Source of the DNA: a virus
Taxonomy: Duplodnaviria > Heunggongvirae > Uroviricota > Caudoviricetes
Direction: 5' to 3' (one strand)
Length of the DNA: 64,000 nt
Virus record (IMG/VR): IMGVR_UViG_3300021066_000001
This document shows, piece after piece, positions 17,513 through 24,424 of the stretch; the stretch's first letter is position 1, and every line of letters begins with the position of its first letter. The notes under the pieces are model-generated. The model had not been told where the DNA came from and ran no database searches. It saw only the letters and a list, made by a program, of their open reading frames with translations. The position numbers were made by a program, and so were the translations under genes.

Positions 17513-18702
17513 TCGGCCTCCGCGTTCGTCTGGACCAGGTTGAGCTGCTCGAGCGGGTACTCGTCGAGGTGGTGCTTCAAGAAGTAGCCCTTGTAGTCCG
17601 GCTCCTGGCCCGAGTAGCGCTTCATCAGGAGGCCGAAGTACGGGTAGCCGTCCTTGTGCTTGATCGCGAACGACTTCTTGTCGAGGGCCTTGCTCGCCTC
17701 GTACGTCTTCTCGACATCCTCGATGATCTTGTCGATGCGCGCCACCACCTCGGCCTCGATCTTGAGGATCTCCGAGATGTCGACGCCCTCGCCCACCAAC
17801 TTGCCCTTGAGGTCATCGAGCTGCTCACCGACCACCGCCTCCGCGATGTCGCGCACACGCAGGAACGTCATGTACTTGTGGCGCTCGATGTAGTCCTTGG
17901 TCTTGAGCTTGACCATCTCGCCGCTCTTGAACTGGATCACCCAGCCCTCGACGCCGGTCTTCGACGCCAGCAAGTCGATCACCTCGGCGTCGACGACGTG
18001 ATCCGCCTCGTCGCCGAACAAGATCGCGCGGGCCTCGACGTCCTCTTGCACCAGCGGCACCTCGAAGGTGCGGTGCAGATCGTAGAGCTCTTCGTACGTC
18101 ATGTAGCGACCGGTCACGTTGTCGCGAACGTGCAGCAGGTCGAGCGACGGCTCCTGGTAAGCCAGAACGATGCGCGACGTCGGCGACGTCCACTCGAAGA
18201 TCGCCGTCATGCCGAGCGACACGACGTGCTCGCAGAGCGAGTCGTAGCGATGCCGGATGTCTGGGTCTGAGTCGAGCCACTTGTACGTCGCCTTGACGAC
18301 GTCCGACTCGAACGACTTCTTCGACTTAAGCTTGTAGAGGCGGTTGCGCGACATGTCAAACATGTCGACCGTGTGGATCATCGAGCCGTCACGCTTCACC
18401 ATCACGCGAGTCATCTCGTCCCACGGTAGCGCGTCGACGCGCGACTCCGGGCGCTCGTTGAGGTTGAAGAACTTGTGGAGCGGACGCGAGATGATGCGAC
18501 CGTCCTTGAAGACGACGCCGCGCGCCTCGCGCGAGAACGGGCAGTCGAACGTCCCCTCCGCCGCGACGACGTACGAGCACACGACGGTGCCGTTCGACTG
18601 CTCCATGAAGCGGATCTCGGTCTTGTCCGCGACCGCTTGGCGCATCAAGATGTCGTTGCTGAGGTTGGGGAACATGAGGCCTCGATGGAGTCCGACGTAC
18701 AT
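17509..18702 (-). CDS. rnlA: RNA ligase, Rnl1 family (T4 RnlA-like)
   Basis: Nucleotidyltransferase motifs: KxDGS (VKRDGSMI), EGWVIQF (motif IV), VKLKTKDY (motif V). Confidence 0.75.
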   Translation of the reverse strand: MYVGLHRGLMFPNLSNDILMRQAVADKTEIRFMEQSNGTVVCSYVVAAEGTFDCPFSREARGVVFKDGRIISRPLHKFFNLNERPESRVDALPWDEMTRVMVKRDGSMIHTVDMFDMSRNRLYKLKSKKSFESDVVKATYKWLDSDPDIRHRYDSLCEHVVSLGMTAIFEWTSPTSRIVLAYQEPSLDLLHVRDNVTGRYMTYEELYDLHRTFEVPLVQEDVEARAILFGDEADHVVDAEVIDLLASKTGVEGWVIQFKSGEMVKLKTKDYIERHKYMTFLRVRDIAEAVVGEQLDDLKGKLVGEGVDISEILKIEAEVVARIDKIIEDVEKTYEASKALDKKSFAIKHKDGYPYFGLLMKRYSGQEPDYKGYFLKHHLDEYPLEQLNLVQTNAEAE

Positions 18703-18909
18703 TCAGCTGCAGAAGAGAATGCGGAGGTTGGTCATGCGGGTCCGGCAGTGCGCGCAGACCACTTGACCGTCGGACTTCAGCGTGAACATGTCACCTTGGC
18801 ACTTTGTGCAGTAGTACTCGATCACCGATTGTATCGCCGGCGCCGCACGCAGCGGCTTGAAGTCTGAGAGCTTGATGACTTCAGCGCACTTGCCGAGGTT
18901 TGAGTTCAA
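18703..18909 (-). CDS. Small zinc-ribbon protein
   Basis: CTKCQG...CAHCRTRM; TTG start with GGAGG SD. Confidence 0.45.
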   Translation of the reverse strand: MNSNLGKCAEVIKLSDFKPLRAAPAIQSVIEYYCTKCQGDMFTLKSDGQVVCAHCRTRMTNLRILFCS

Positions 18910-18939
18910 CTTCGCCTCCGAAGTTGTGGAATATAGAGA

Positions 18940-18969
18940 ATTGTATCACTCTTGAGAGGCGAAGTAAAC
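18940..18969 (-). promoter_or_regulatory. T4-early-like promoter TCTGGTTTAC-N18-TACAAT (extended -10)
   Basis: minus GTTTAC 18969..18964, TACAAT 18945..18940 with TG extension; lies immediately after the terminator. Confidence 0.45.
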
Positions 18970-18975
18970 CAGAAA

Positions 18976-19004
18976 AAGAGGGAGACTCGTTGAGTCTCCC
19001 TCTT
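18976..19004 (-). terminator. Rho-independent terminator
   Basis: 13-bp perfect stem (AAGAGGGAGACTC / GAGTCTCCCTCTT), 3-nt loop, then a TTTTT run on the minus strand; lies downstream of gene 19021..19203. Confidence 0.7.
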
Positions 19005-19020
19005 GTGAGACGTGGTGATC

Positions 19021-19203
19021 TTACTTCTTGGATGCGCCCGAGCGCTTGGCCGCCATCTCCCTGCGAGCGTCGACCTTGGCTGCCCTCTTCTCCTTCTTCT
19101 CGGCTACCTTCTGAGCGTGTGTCTTTTGCTCAGGCTTGGCCGGGTCCTTGGCGACCGCGGAGAGAGTGAAGAGCGCAACGACGAGAGCTAGGATGAGTTT
19201 CAT
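19021..19203 (-). CDS. Small secreted Lys-rich protein
   Basis: Signal peptide MKLILALVVALFTLSAVA followed by a K-rich tail. Confidence 0.5.
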   Translation of the reverse strand: MKLILALVVALFTLSAVAKDPAKPEQKTHAQKVAEKKEKRAAKVDARREMAAKRSGASKK

Positions 19204-19367
19204 GTGGTTCTCCGAGTGATATGATGCCGCTAGTGTGGCCTATTTACTAGAGCGGTACTTCCCGCACCCCTTGACGCAGAGAGTCTTCGGAGAGTGATAT
19301 CGAGAGTGAAAGGTGCGAAAGTCGTGCCAGCAAAGGACCCGCCTGAGAATCCAGTAGAGCTTGTTGA

Positions 19368-19550
19368 TCATAGCTTCCGGTCTTCCTCCTCCTTGGCTAG
19401 CTGATAGAGCAAGCCGAGAAAGAGGCCGACCATGATGACGAGAAACACGGTCGCCGAGATCGCCGCGGTCAGGGGATGTCCGAAGATAGCTGAGAGAAGG
19501 CCGAAGATACCGACCACGACCGCTAGCATCACGACGTGGTAGAAGTTCAC
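19368..19550 (-). CDS. Small membrane protein
   Basis: Two TM helices. Confidence 0.45.
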   Translation of the reverse strand: MNFYHVVMLAVVVGIFGLLSAIFGHPLTAAISATVFLVIMVGLFLGLLYQLAKEEEDRKL

Positions 19551-19963
19551 CTCACCACCCAGTACTTTCCGCCCTCTCGCGGGTGAGGCTCACAGATCTT
19601 TCCGTTGACGATCGCCTTGTTGCCGAAGATGCACGAGCCCCGGATGCAGTTATATCCGTTGTGATAGAGGACGTCGCACTGAAAGGTCGACATCTGCCCC
19701 ACCCTGATCCTCGGCTCGACGAGCGTCGAGCCTTGCGGGGCGAACCAGTAGTCGGCCTCGGCCGTAGAAAAGTTGACCTCCATCAGCGCGGCGAAGAGCT
19801 CGCTTCTGAGGATGAGAGAGTCTTGCTCGGCCTCGACGTATGCGAAGTGCCGGCCGTCTCGCTCTGGCACCTCGAGCATCTCCCCTGGCTTCACCGAATA
19901 CAGGTAGATCGGTAGCGACTTGAAGTCGAGCTCGATCGTGTCACCAGATCGTGGGAGATTCAC
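19547..19963 (-). CDS. Hypothetical protein
   Basis: ORF track. Confidence 0.5.
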   Translation of the reverse strand: MNLPRSGDTIELDFKSLPIYLYSVKPGEMLEVPERDGRHFAYVEAEQDSLILRSELFAALMEVNFSTAEADYWFAPQGSTLVEPRIRVGQMSTFQCDVLYHNGYNCIRGSCIFGNKAIVNGKICEPHPREGGKYWVVR

Positions 19964-20538
19964 TCGATCATCTCGTCGATCTGCTTGAAGAGGTTCGAGA
20001 GCCCTAGGCTCTTGTCGTTGACGATCAGGTGATCGAACCCCTTGACGAAGCTGATCCCCTGCTCTGACTCGTGAGCGTACCGGTCATCCTTGGTGAGGTC
20101 GGGGACCTGCAAGTAGATGAGCACGGCGCCTGGTTGCTCCCTGAGCCACTCGGCCTCGTTCTCGAAGCGGACGTCGGTGATGATCGTGCCGCGCTTGATC
20201 TTGATGTTGTTCATCACCTCAAGCGCGGCACGCTGGATCCAGACGTCCTTGCGAAGCATGTTGCGACCGTACTCGGTGCCGAGGAGCTGCATCGCGCGCC
20301 TGGGCGAGAAACCCCAGAACGGGTCGATCTGCTCCTTGAGCACGCGGTCCTCCATCTGCTCTGGCGTGAAGCCGAAGAGGATGACGCACGCCTGCTTGAT
20401 CGGCTTGGCGAAGGCATAGCGGTTGAAGCGATCTGGAAACTTCGCTTGCAGGTAGTTCGCAACGGTGTCCTTGCCGCCGTTGAGAGGACCGTGGATCCCG
20501 ATGAGGTTGACGGAGTTGACGGAGACTTTTGAGAGCAT
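19960..20538 (-). CDS. Deoxynucleoside monophosphate kinase (T4 gp1-like)
   Basis: GPLNGGKDT P-loop and overall similarity to T4 gene 1 dNMP kinase. Confidence 0.7.
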   Translation of the reverse strand: MLSKVSVNSVNLIGIHGPLNGGKDTVANYLQAKFPDRFNRYAFAKPIKQACVILFGFTPEQMEDRVLKEQIDPFWGFSPRRAMQLLGTEYGRNMLRKDVWIQRAALEVMNNIKIKRGTIITDVRFENEAEWLREQPGAVLIYLQVPDLTKDDRYAHESEQGISFVKGFDHLIVNDKSLGLSNLFKQIDEMIE

Positions 20539-20585
20539 GCTCCATCTTAACTTTGGAGAGCGCGCCGGGATATTTTTCTAAATAG

Positions 20586-21146
20586 GTGATGCTGCTCAGC
20601 GAGCTCGCCATCTCAGACGTCACCTTTCACGTGAGCGAAGACCGTGAGGGTGACAATAACCGCGGCTTCCGCGTGGATCGCATCGAAGCGAAGCGTGACG
20701 GGAAGGTGATCGGCTACATCCAGGTCTCTTACATCCCGAGCGAGCGCTTCAAGAAGTTCTACACTAGCCTCGAGCAATACACCCGACACATCGCTGGAGG
20801 GCATCCGCCCAGCGAGGATCCTGAGACCCGCAAGCGCCAGGAGCGAGCGTTTCGAGACTTCGAGCACTACCACGTTGACAAGCCGTTCGTCGAGTTCATC
20901 AGGGTGATGGACGAGATCGACGGAGCAGATAGGAGCTATCGTCGCCAGGGTTTAGGCCTCGAGCTCTACAAGCAGATGTTCAAGTACCTGAAGAGGCGTG
21001 GGCTCAAGCTCTACGCCTCGAACCTCCAATCAGACGAGGCTAAGGCCGCGTGGGACAAAATGGAGAAGATCTTCGTGGTGAAGCGCGAGATGTTTCGCGT
21101 GCACCGCAAGGATGTCGAGCGCCGCTACCTCGCCGCGCTCAGGTAG
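20586..21146 (+). CDS. Hypothetical protein, possibly GNAT-like acetyltransferase
   Basis: RRQGLGLELYKQMFKYL resembles the GNAT motif A (Q/RxxGxG/A); weak. Preceded by CTAAATAG. Confidence 0.35.
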   Translation: MMLLSELAISDVTFHVSEDREGDNNRGFRVDRIEAKRDGKVIGYIQVSYIPSERFKKFYTSLEQYTRHIAGGHPPSEDPETRKRQERAFRDFEHYHVDKPFVEFIRVMDEIDGADRSYRRQGLGLELYKQMFKYLKRRGLKLYASNLQSDEAKAAWDKMEKIFVVKREMFRVHRKDVERRYLAALR

Positions 21147-21331
21147 TTCTCAAGCTCAACCTTCAGCATGATGCAGTCCGCCTTCCACGGCGGGCCCTCC
21201 TGGCGGTGTCTCTTGTCCTTGCGGATGACCTGCGCCTCGTCCCAGCAGAGCTTGGAGGTCGGGTAGTAACCGCCGATGTTCGAGGTGTGAGAGTTGTAGA
21301 CGATCAAGACGTAGATGACGATCGACTTCAC
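21125..21331 (-). CDS. Small protein, member 2 of a tandem paralog pair (68 aa, GTG start)
   Basis: VKSIVIYVLIVYNSHTSN...WKADCIMLKV; its GTG overlaps the TGA of member 1 (GTGA). ORF track shows only a longer TTG-extended version. Confidence 0.45.
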   Translation of the reverse strand: MKSIVIYVLIVYNSHTSNIGGYYPTSKLCWDEAQVIRKDKRHRQEGPPWKADCIMLKVELENYLSAAR

Positions 21332-21495
21332 TTCGCGCCGACCATGATCGCGTAGCAGTCGGCCCTGAGCTTCCCGGCGTTGGACTTTTCGATTCGCTCC
21401 ATCTTGGTCTTGCAAGTGACCGCGTCTCTCATCTCCTCGATGCTTGAGAAGTTAGCGTTGTAGGTGACGAGGATCCAGATGATGAGCGGTTTCAC
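21328..21495 (-). CDS. Small protein, member 1 of a tandem paralog pair (55 aa, GTG start); absent from the ORF track
   Basis: VKPLIIWILVTYNANFSS...KLRADCYAIMV aligns with member 2 (VKxxIIxxLVxYN...KADC..I.V); upstream in-frame stop at 21528..21530. Confidence 0.4.
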   Translation of the reverse strand: MKPLIIWILVTYNANFSSIEEMRDAVTCKTKMERIEKSNAGKLRADCYAIMVGAK

Positions 21496-21761
21496 GTGAC
21501 GACCTAGAGGTTCGTGAAGGCGGCCGTTTTATTCTCGAGGATTTGAGTGAGCTTCATGTGATATTTAACAGAAGCAGGCGAGCATCTCCCACTCTCGACG
21601 GGTGGGGCGGCAGAGCACCTCTGATCCCGGGGAGGCGGCTCTGTCATCTAGGGTGATGTGTTCTCGCTCAACGAGTCGCTGCGGCAAGTCCCAGATGACG
21701 CGAGCAGGAACTCGCATCCTGGCGCCGTAGTGAAGCTCTTGCCCGTTCGAGAGAACGATCC

Positions 21762-22811
21762 TCACGTCAGCTTCTTGAGTGCCCTCAAGACACACTCTGG
21801 CACGTACTGACGCACCGCGCTCTCCCACCCCTCGAGGTGAAGCATGCTCTTGACGACCGACGAGCTCACCTCTGTTAGGTGCGACGGCGGCATCAGGAAG
21901 ACCGTCTCGACCTCTGGCGCGATCTTCTTGTTGACCAGGTTGAGCTGTGTCTCGTAGTCGAAGTCAGTGACGTTGCGGATGCCCCGGAAGACAAACTTGG
22001 AGCCTGTCTCTCTAGCGTAGGCGACGAGCATCTTGTTCTGGGGAAGCGCCGTGATGTTGACCGCTCCTTCTGCCAGGGGCGTCTCTCTGATCGCTTCGGC
22101 CACGAGGGCTTTCCGCTCCTCGAAGTCAAACAGGCCCTTCTTGTTCGGATTATACGCAACCACGACATCGACGGCGTCAACGAGGTCAAGAGCTTTTTCG
22201 ATCAGCCACATGTGACCCTCGGTGATCGGATCGAACGAGCCAGCGACGATCCCTCGCGTGATGCCCCTGGCGACGTCGACCGCCCGTAGCGCCGCCATGT
22301 TGAGATCAGAGTCGGTCGTGTCGATGATCAAGTCGCACTTGTGTGCGTGATCGTGCCAGTCTCCCTGGCTAGCGATGATCGCCTTGATCTTCTCACGGGT
22401 GAAGCCGTTCCGCTTCATCACGCGTTCGATGCGAGTCTCCTCGTCTGCGACAATCGCGATGACCTTGTCGAATTGGTCATCCATCCCCATCTCGAAGAGG
22501 AGGGGAAACTCGACGATGATGTCTCGCTTTCCCGCGTTGAGAAGCAGATTGAGCTTGAGGGACATGAAGGAGCCAAAGAGACCCTCTACCCAGCGCAGCT
22601 TCTCAGGTGCTTGGAAGACGATGTCCGAGATCGCCTTGCGATCGCTGGTCCCGAAGTACTCGAAGAGCTTCGCCTTGATCTCGGTGTCCTCGTAGAGCTC
22701 ACGCACCAGGTCGTCGATGTTGACGAAGTTGAACTCCGTGAGGAGAAGCTTGAGCTTGTTGACGAGCGTCGTCTTTCCGCTTCCGATGCCGCCGGTGATG
22801 GCTATCTTCAC
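21762..22811 (-). CDS. Fusion protein: dephospho-CoA kinase (CoaE-like, N-terminal) + phosphopantetheine adenylyltransferase (CoaD, C-terminal)
   Basis: N-terminus MKIAITGGIGSGKTT...NIDD (CoaE P-loop + DxD). C-terminus GSFDPITEGH...FRGIRNVTDFDYETQLNLVNK...VFLMPPSHL..SSSVVK aligns closely with E. coli CoaD. Confidence 0.75.
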   Translation of the reverse strand: MKIAITGGIGSGKTTLVNKLKLLLTEFNFVNIDDLVRELYEDTEIKAKLFEYFGTSDRKAISDIVFQAPEKLRWVEGLFGSFMSLKLNLLLNAGKRDIIVEFPLLFEMGMDDQFDKVIAIVADEETRIERVMKRNGFTREKIKAIIASQGDWHDHAHKCDLIIDTTDSDLNMAALRAVDVARGITRGIVAGSFDPITEGHMWLIEKALDLVDAVDVVVAYNPNKKGLFDFEERKALVAEAIRETPLAEGAVNITALPQNKMLVAYARETGSKFVFRGIRNVTDFDYETQLNLVNKKIAPEVETVFLMPPSHLTEVSSSVVKSMLHLEGWESAVRQYVPECVLRALKKLT

Positions 22812-24202
22812 GCGCGAAGTTCCTTAGAGAGGTCAAGCGCCTCGAGGTCGCGGACGTATAGGGTGACGTTCGTCGAGTCTCTGTAGAACTTCAGCTGGAT
22901 TTGAGTGTCGGTGATCTGCTTCTCGAGCTTCTCGATCTCGTCCCTAGTCAGGCGGTAGAGCGGGATCGCCATCAGCTGGTCGATCAGGGTGAACTTCAGG
23001 TCGGCGAGCAGCTGCTGCCACTCCACCTTGGTCTTCTTGGAGAACTTGGAAGCGTTATCGCCGTGAGTGTAGTGCTTGACCCAGCGGAGCCGCTCGTTGA
23101 GCTCGACGAGCTCCGCCTCGAGCTGCTTGATCACCGCTTGGCGGCGCTCCTCGTACTTGTCGAGACGAAAGTCGATGAAGTAGTCGATCAGCTCCTCCGG
23201 GCCAGAGAAGCGCTTCAGCTTGCCGTGCGGCAGCCACACGGTGAAGTTCTCCGTGACGCGCCAGACCAGCTTGAACTTCTTGACGAGCTCCTCGTCGTCG
23301 GCGTAGCCGGTGGTCCGTGGCACCGTGATCACCCAGTCCCAACCCTGCGAGGTCGAGTTCGCCTGGAAGCTCTTGATGTAGCCGGCGTCCTCGAGGGTGT
23401 AGAGGTACTGCTTGTAGTTCTCCTCCCACGTGCCCGGCGGCAGCTCCGTGATGCGGAGCGTCGTCGAGTTGACCTTCTCGATCTTGCCCTTGACGGTCAC
23501 TTGCTTCGTGGCCGGGTCCTTGGTGACCTCACCGGTGTAGCCGCGGAACCACGGGACCAGGGGCTTGGGCTTGCCGCCCTTCAGGGCCGCCAGGATGTAC
23601 CGCTTCAGGTCCTCCGGGTTGTACTGGAGGAAGGAGGAGGCATGTCCGGTGCCCATCGAGTCGTTCCCGTTGATCAAGACGTTCGGGAGGATCGGGTAGT
23701 AGAACTTCGGCTCGATCTGGTCACCGTCGTTCTCGAGGTATTCCAGGATGAGGTCATCTTCCTTGATGAAGATCTTCCGGAAGATCGGGTTCAGGTCGGT
23801 AAAGATATAGCGGTCGGCGCCAGCGGCCGGCGAGAGCCGGTTACCGAACTGCCCGATCGGCTGCAGGTAATTGATATTGTTGGTCCCCGGGAAATTCTGG
23901 GCGAGACCGACGATCGCGCCAGAGAGGGAGCCCTCGCCGTGATCGTAGTGGGTGATCTCAGCGATGAAGTTGGCTAGCTGAGCGACCTTGATGCCGTTAC
24001 CCGGGGTGATGCTGGGCGCCTTTTTGAGGGTCCCGTAGATCACCTTGCGCTGGCTGATCTTGAAACCGTCGACGATCGACGGGATCATCCGGCGGTTGTT
24101 GTACATGCTGAACTCGCGAACCGGACCGTCGAAGAGCTCCTTGACGGATTCGGCGCGATTCGGGTTGAACTCTGGAATCGGCGCCTGGGTAGGTCTCGTC
24201 AT
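22808..24202 (-). CDS. Type II DNA topoisomerase, A-like subunit (T4 gp52-like)
   Basis: DGFKISQRKVIYG (DGLKPxQRK motif), and a downstream block consistent with the catalytic Tyr region (AAGADRYIFTD). Confidence 0.8.
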   Translation of the reverse strand: MTRPTQAPIPEFNPNRAESVKELFDGPVREFSMYNNRRMIPSIVDGFKISQRKVIYGTLKKAPSITPGNGIKVAQLANFIAEITHYDHGEGSLSGAIVGLAQNFPGTNNINYLQPIGQFGNRLSPAAGADRYIFTDLNPIFRKIFIKEDDLILEYLENDGDQIEPKFYYPILPNVLINGNDSMGTGHASSFLQYNPEDLKRYILAALKGGKPKPLVPWFRGYTGEVTKDPATKQVTVKGKIEKVNSTTLRITELPPGTWEENYKQYLYTLEDAGYIKSFQANSTSQGWDWVITVPRTTGYADDEELVKKFKLVWRVTENFTVWLPHGKLKRFSGPEELIDYFIDFRLDKYEERRQAVIKQLEAELVELNERLRWVKHYTHGDNASKFSKKTKVEWQQLLADLKFTLIDQLMAIPLYRLTRDEIEKLEKQITDTQIQLKFYRDSTNVTLYVRDLEALDLSKELRA

Positions 24203-24208
24203 AGGTGC

Positions 24209-24219
24209 ATTATATCACA
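24209..24219 (-). promoter_or_regulatory. Extended -10 promoter TGTGATATAAT, 6 nt from the ATG (leaderless configuration)
   Basis: Minus-strand TGTGATATAAT-gcacct-ATG. Confidence 0.4.
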
Positions 24220-24253
24220 AAATGTGCATATTTTGTCACAAAACTTAGAGCTT

Positions 24254-24424
24254 TCACGGCGTAAGCGTGAATTCGTGCTCCATGTAGTCGGCTTCGCACT
24301 CGATCAAGTCTCGATGACGACACTCGTTGCAAGCGGTACCGAGCCCATGATTCTCGTAGCACGCTCCGCATTCGGAGCAAACCGGGTAGCCGTCCTCGTC
24401 AAATTCTTGGGGATGCAAGCTCAT
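24254..24424 (-). CDS. Small zinc-ribbon protein (56 aa)
   Basis: CSECGAC...CNECRH; ATG overlaps the topoisomerase B stop (ATGA). Confidence 0.45.
   Translation of the reverse strand: MSLHPQEFDEDGYPVCSECGACYENHGLGTACNECRHRDLIECEADYMEHEFTLTP

Noticed and set aside
21565-21828. 87-aa minus ORF overlapping the 3' end of the CoaE-CoaD gene
   Set aside because: Overlaps a strongly supported gene in another frame and has Arg-rich composition; probably only a short non-coding gap plus the overlap.
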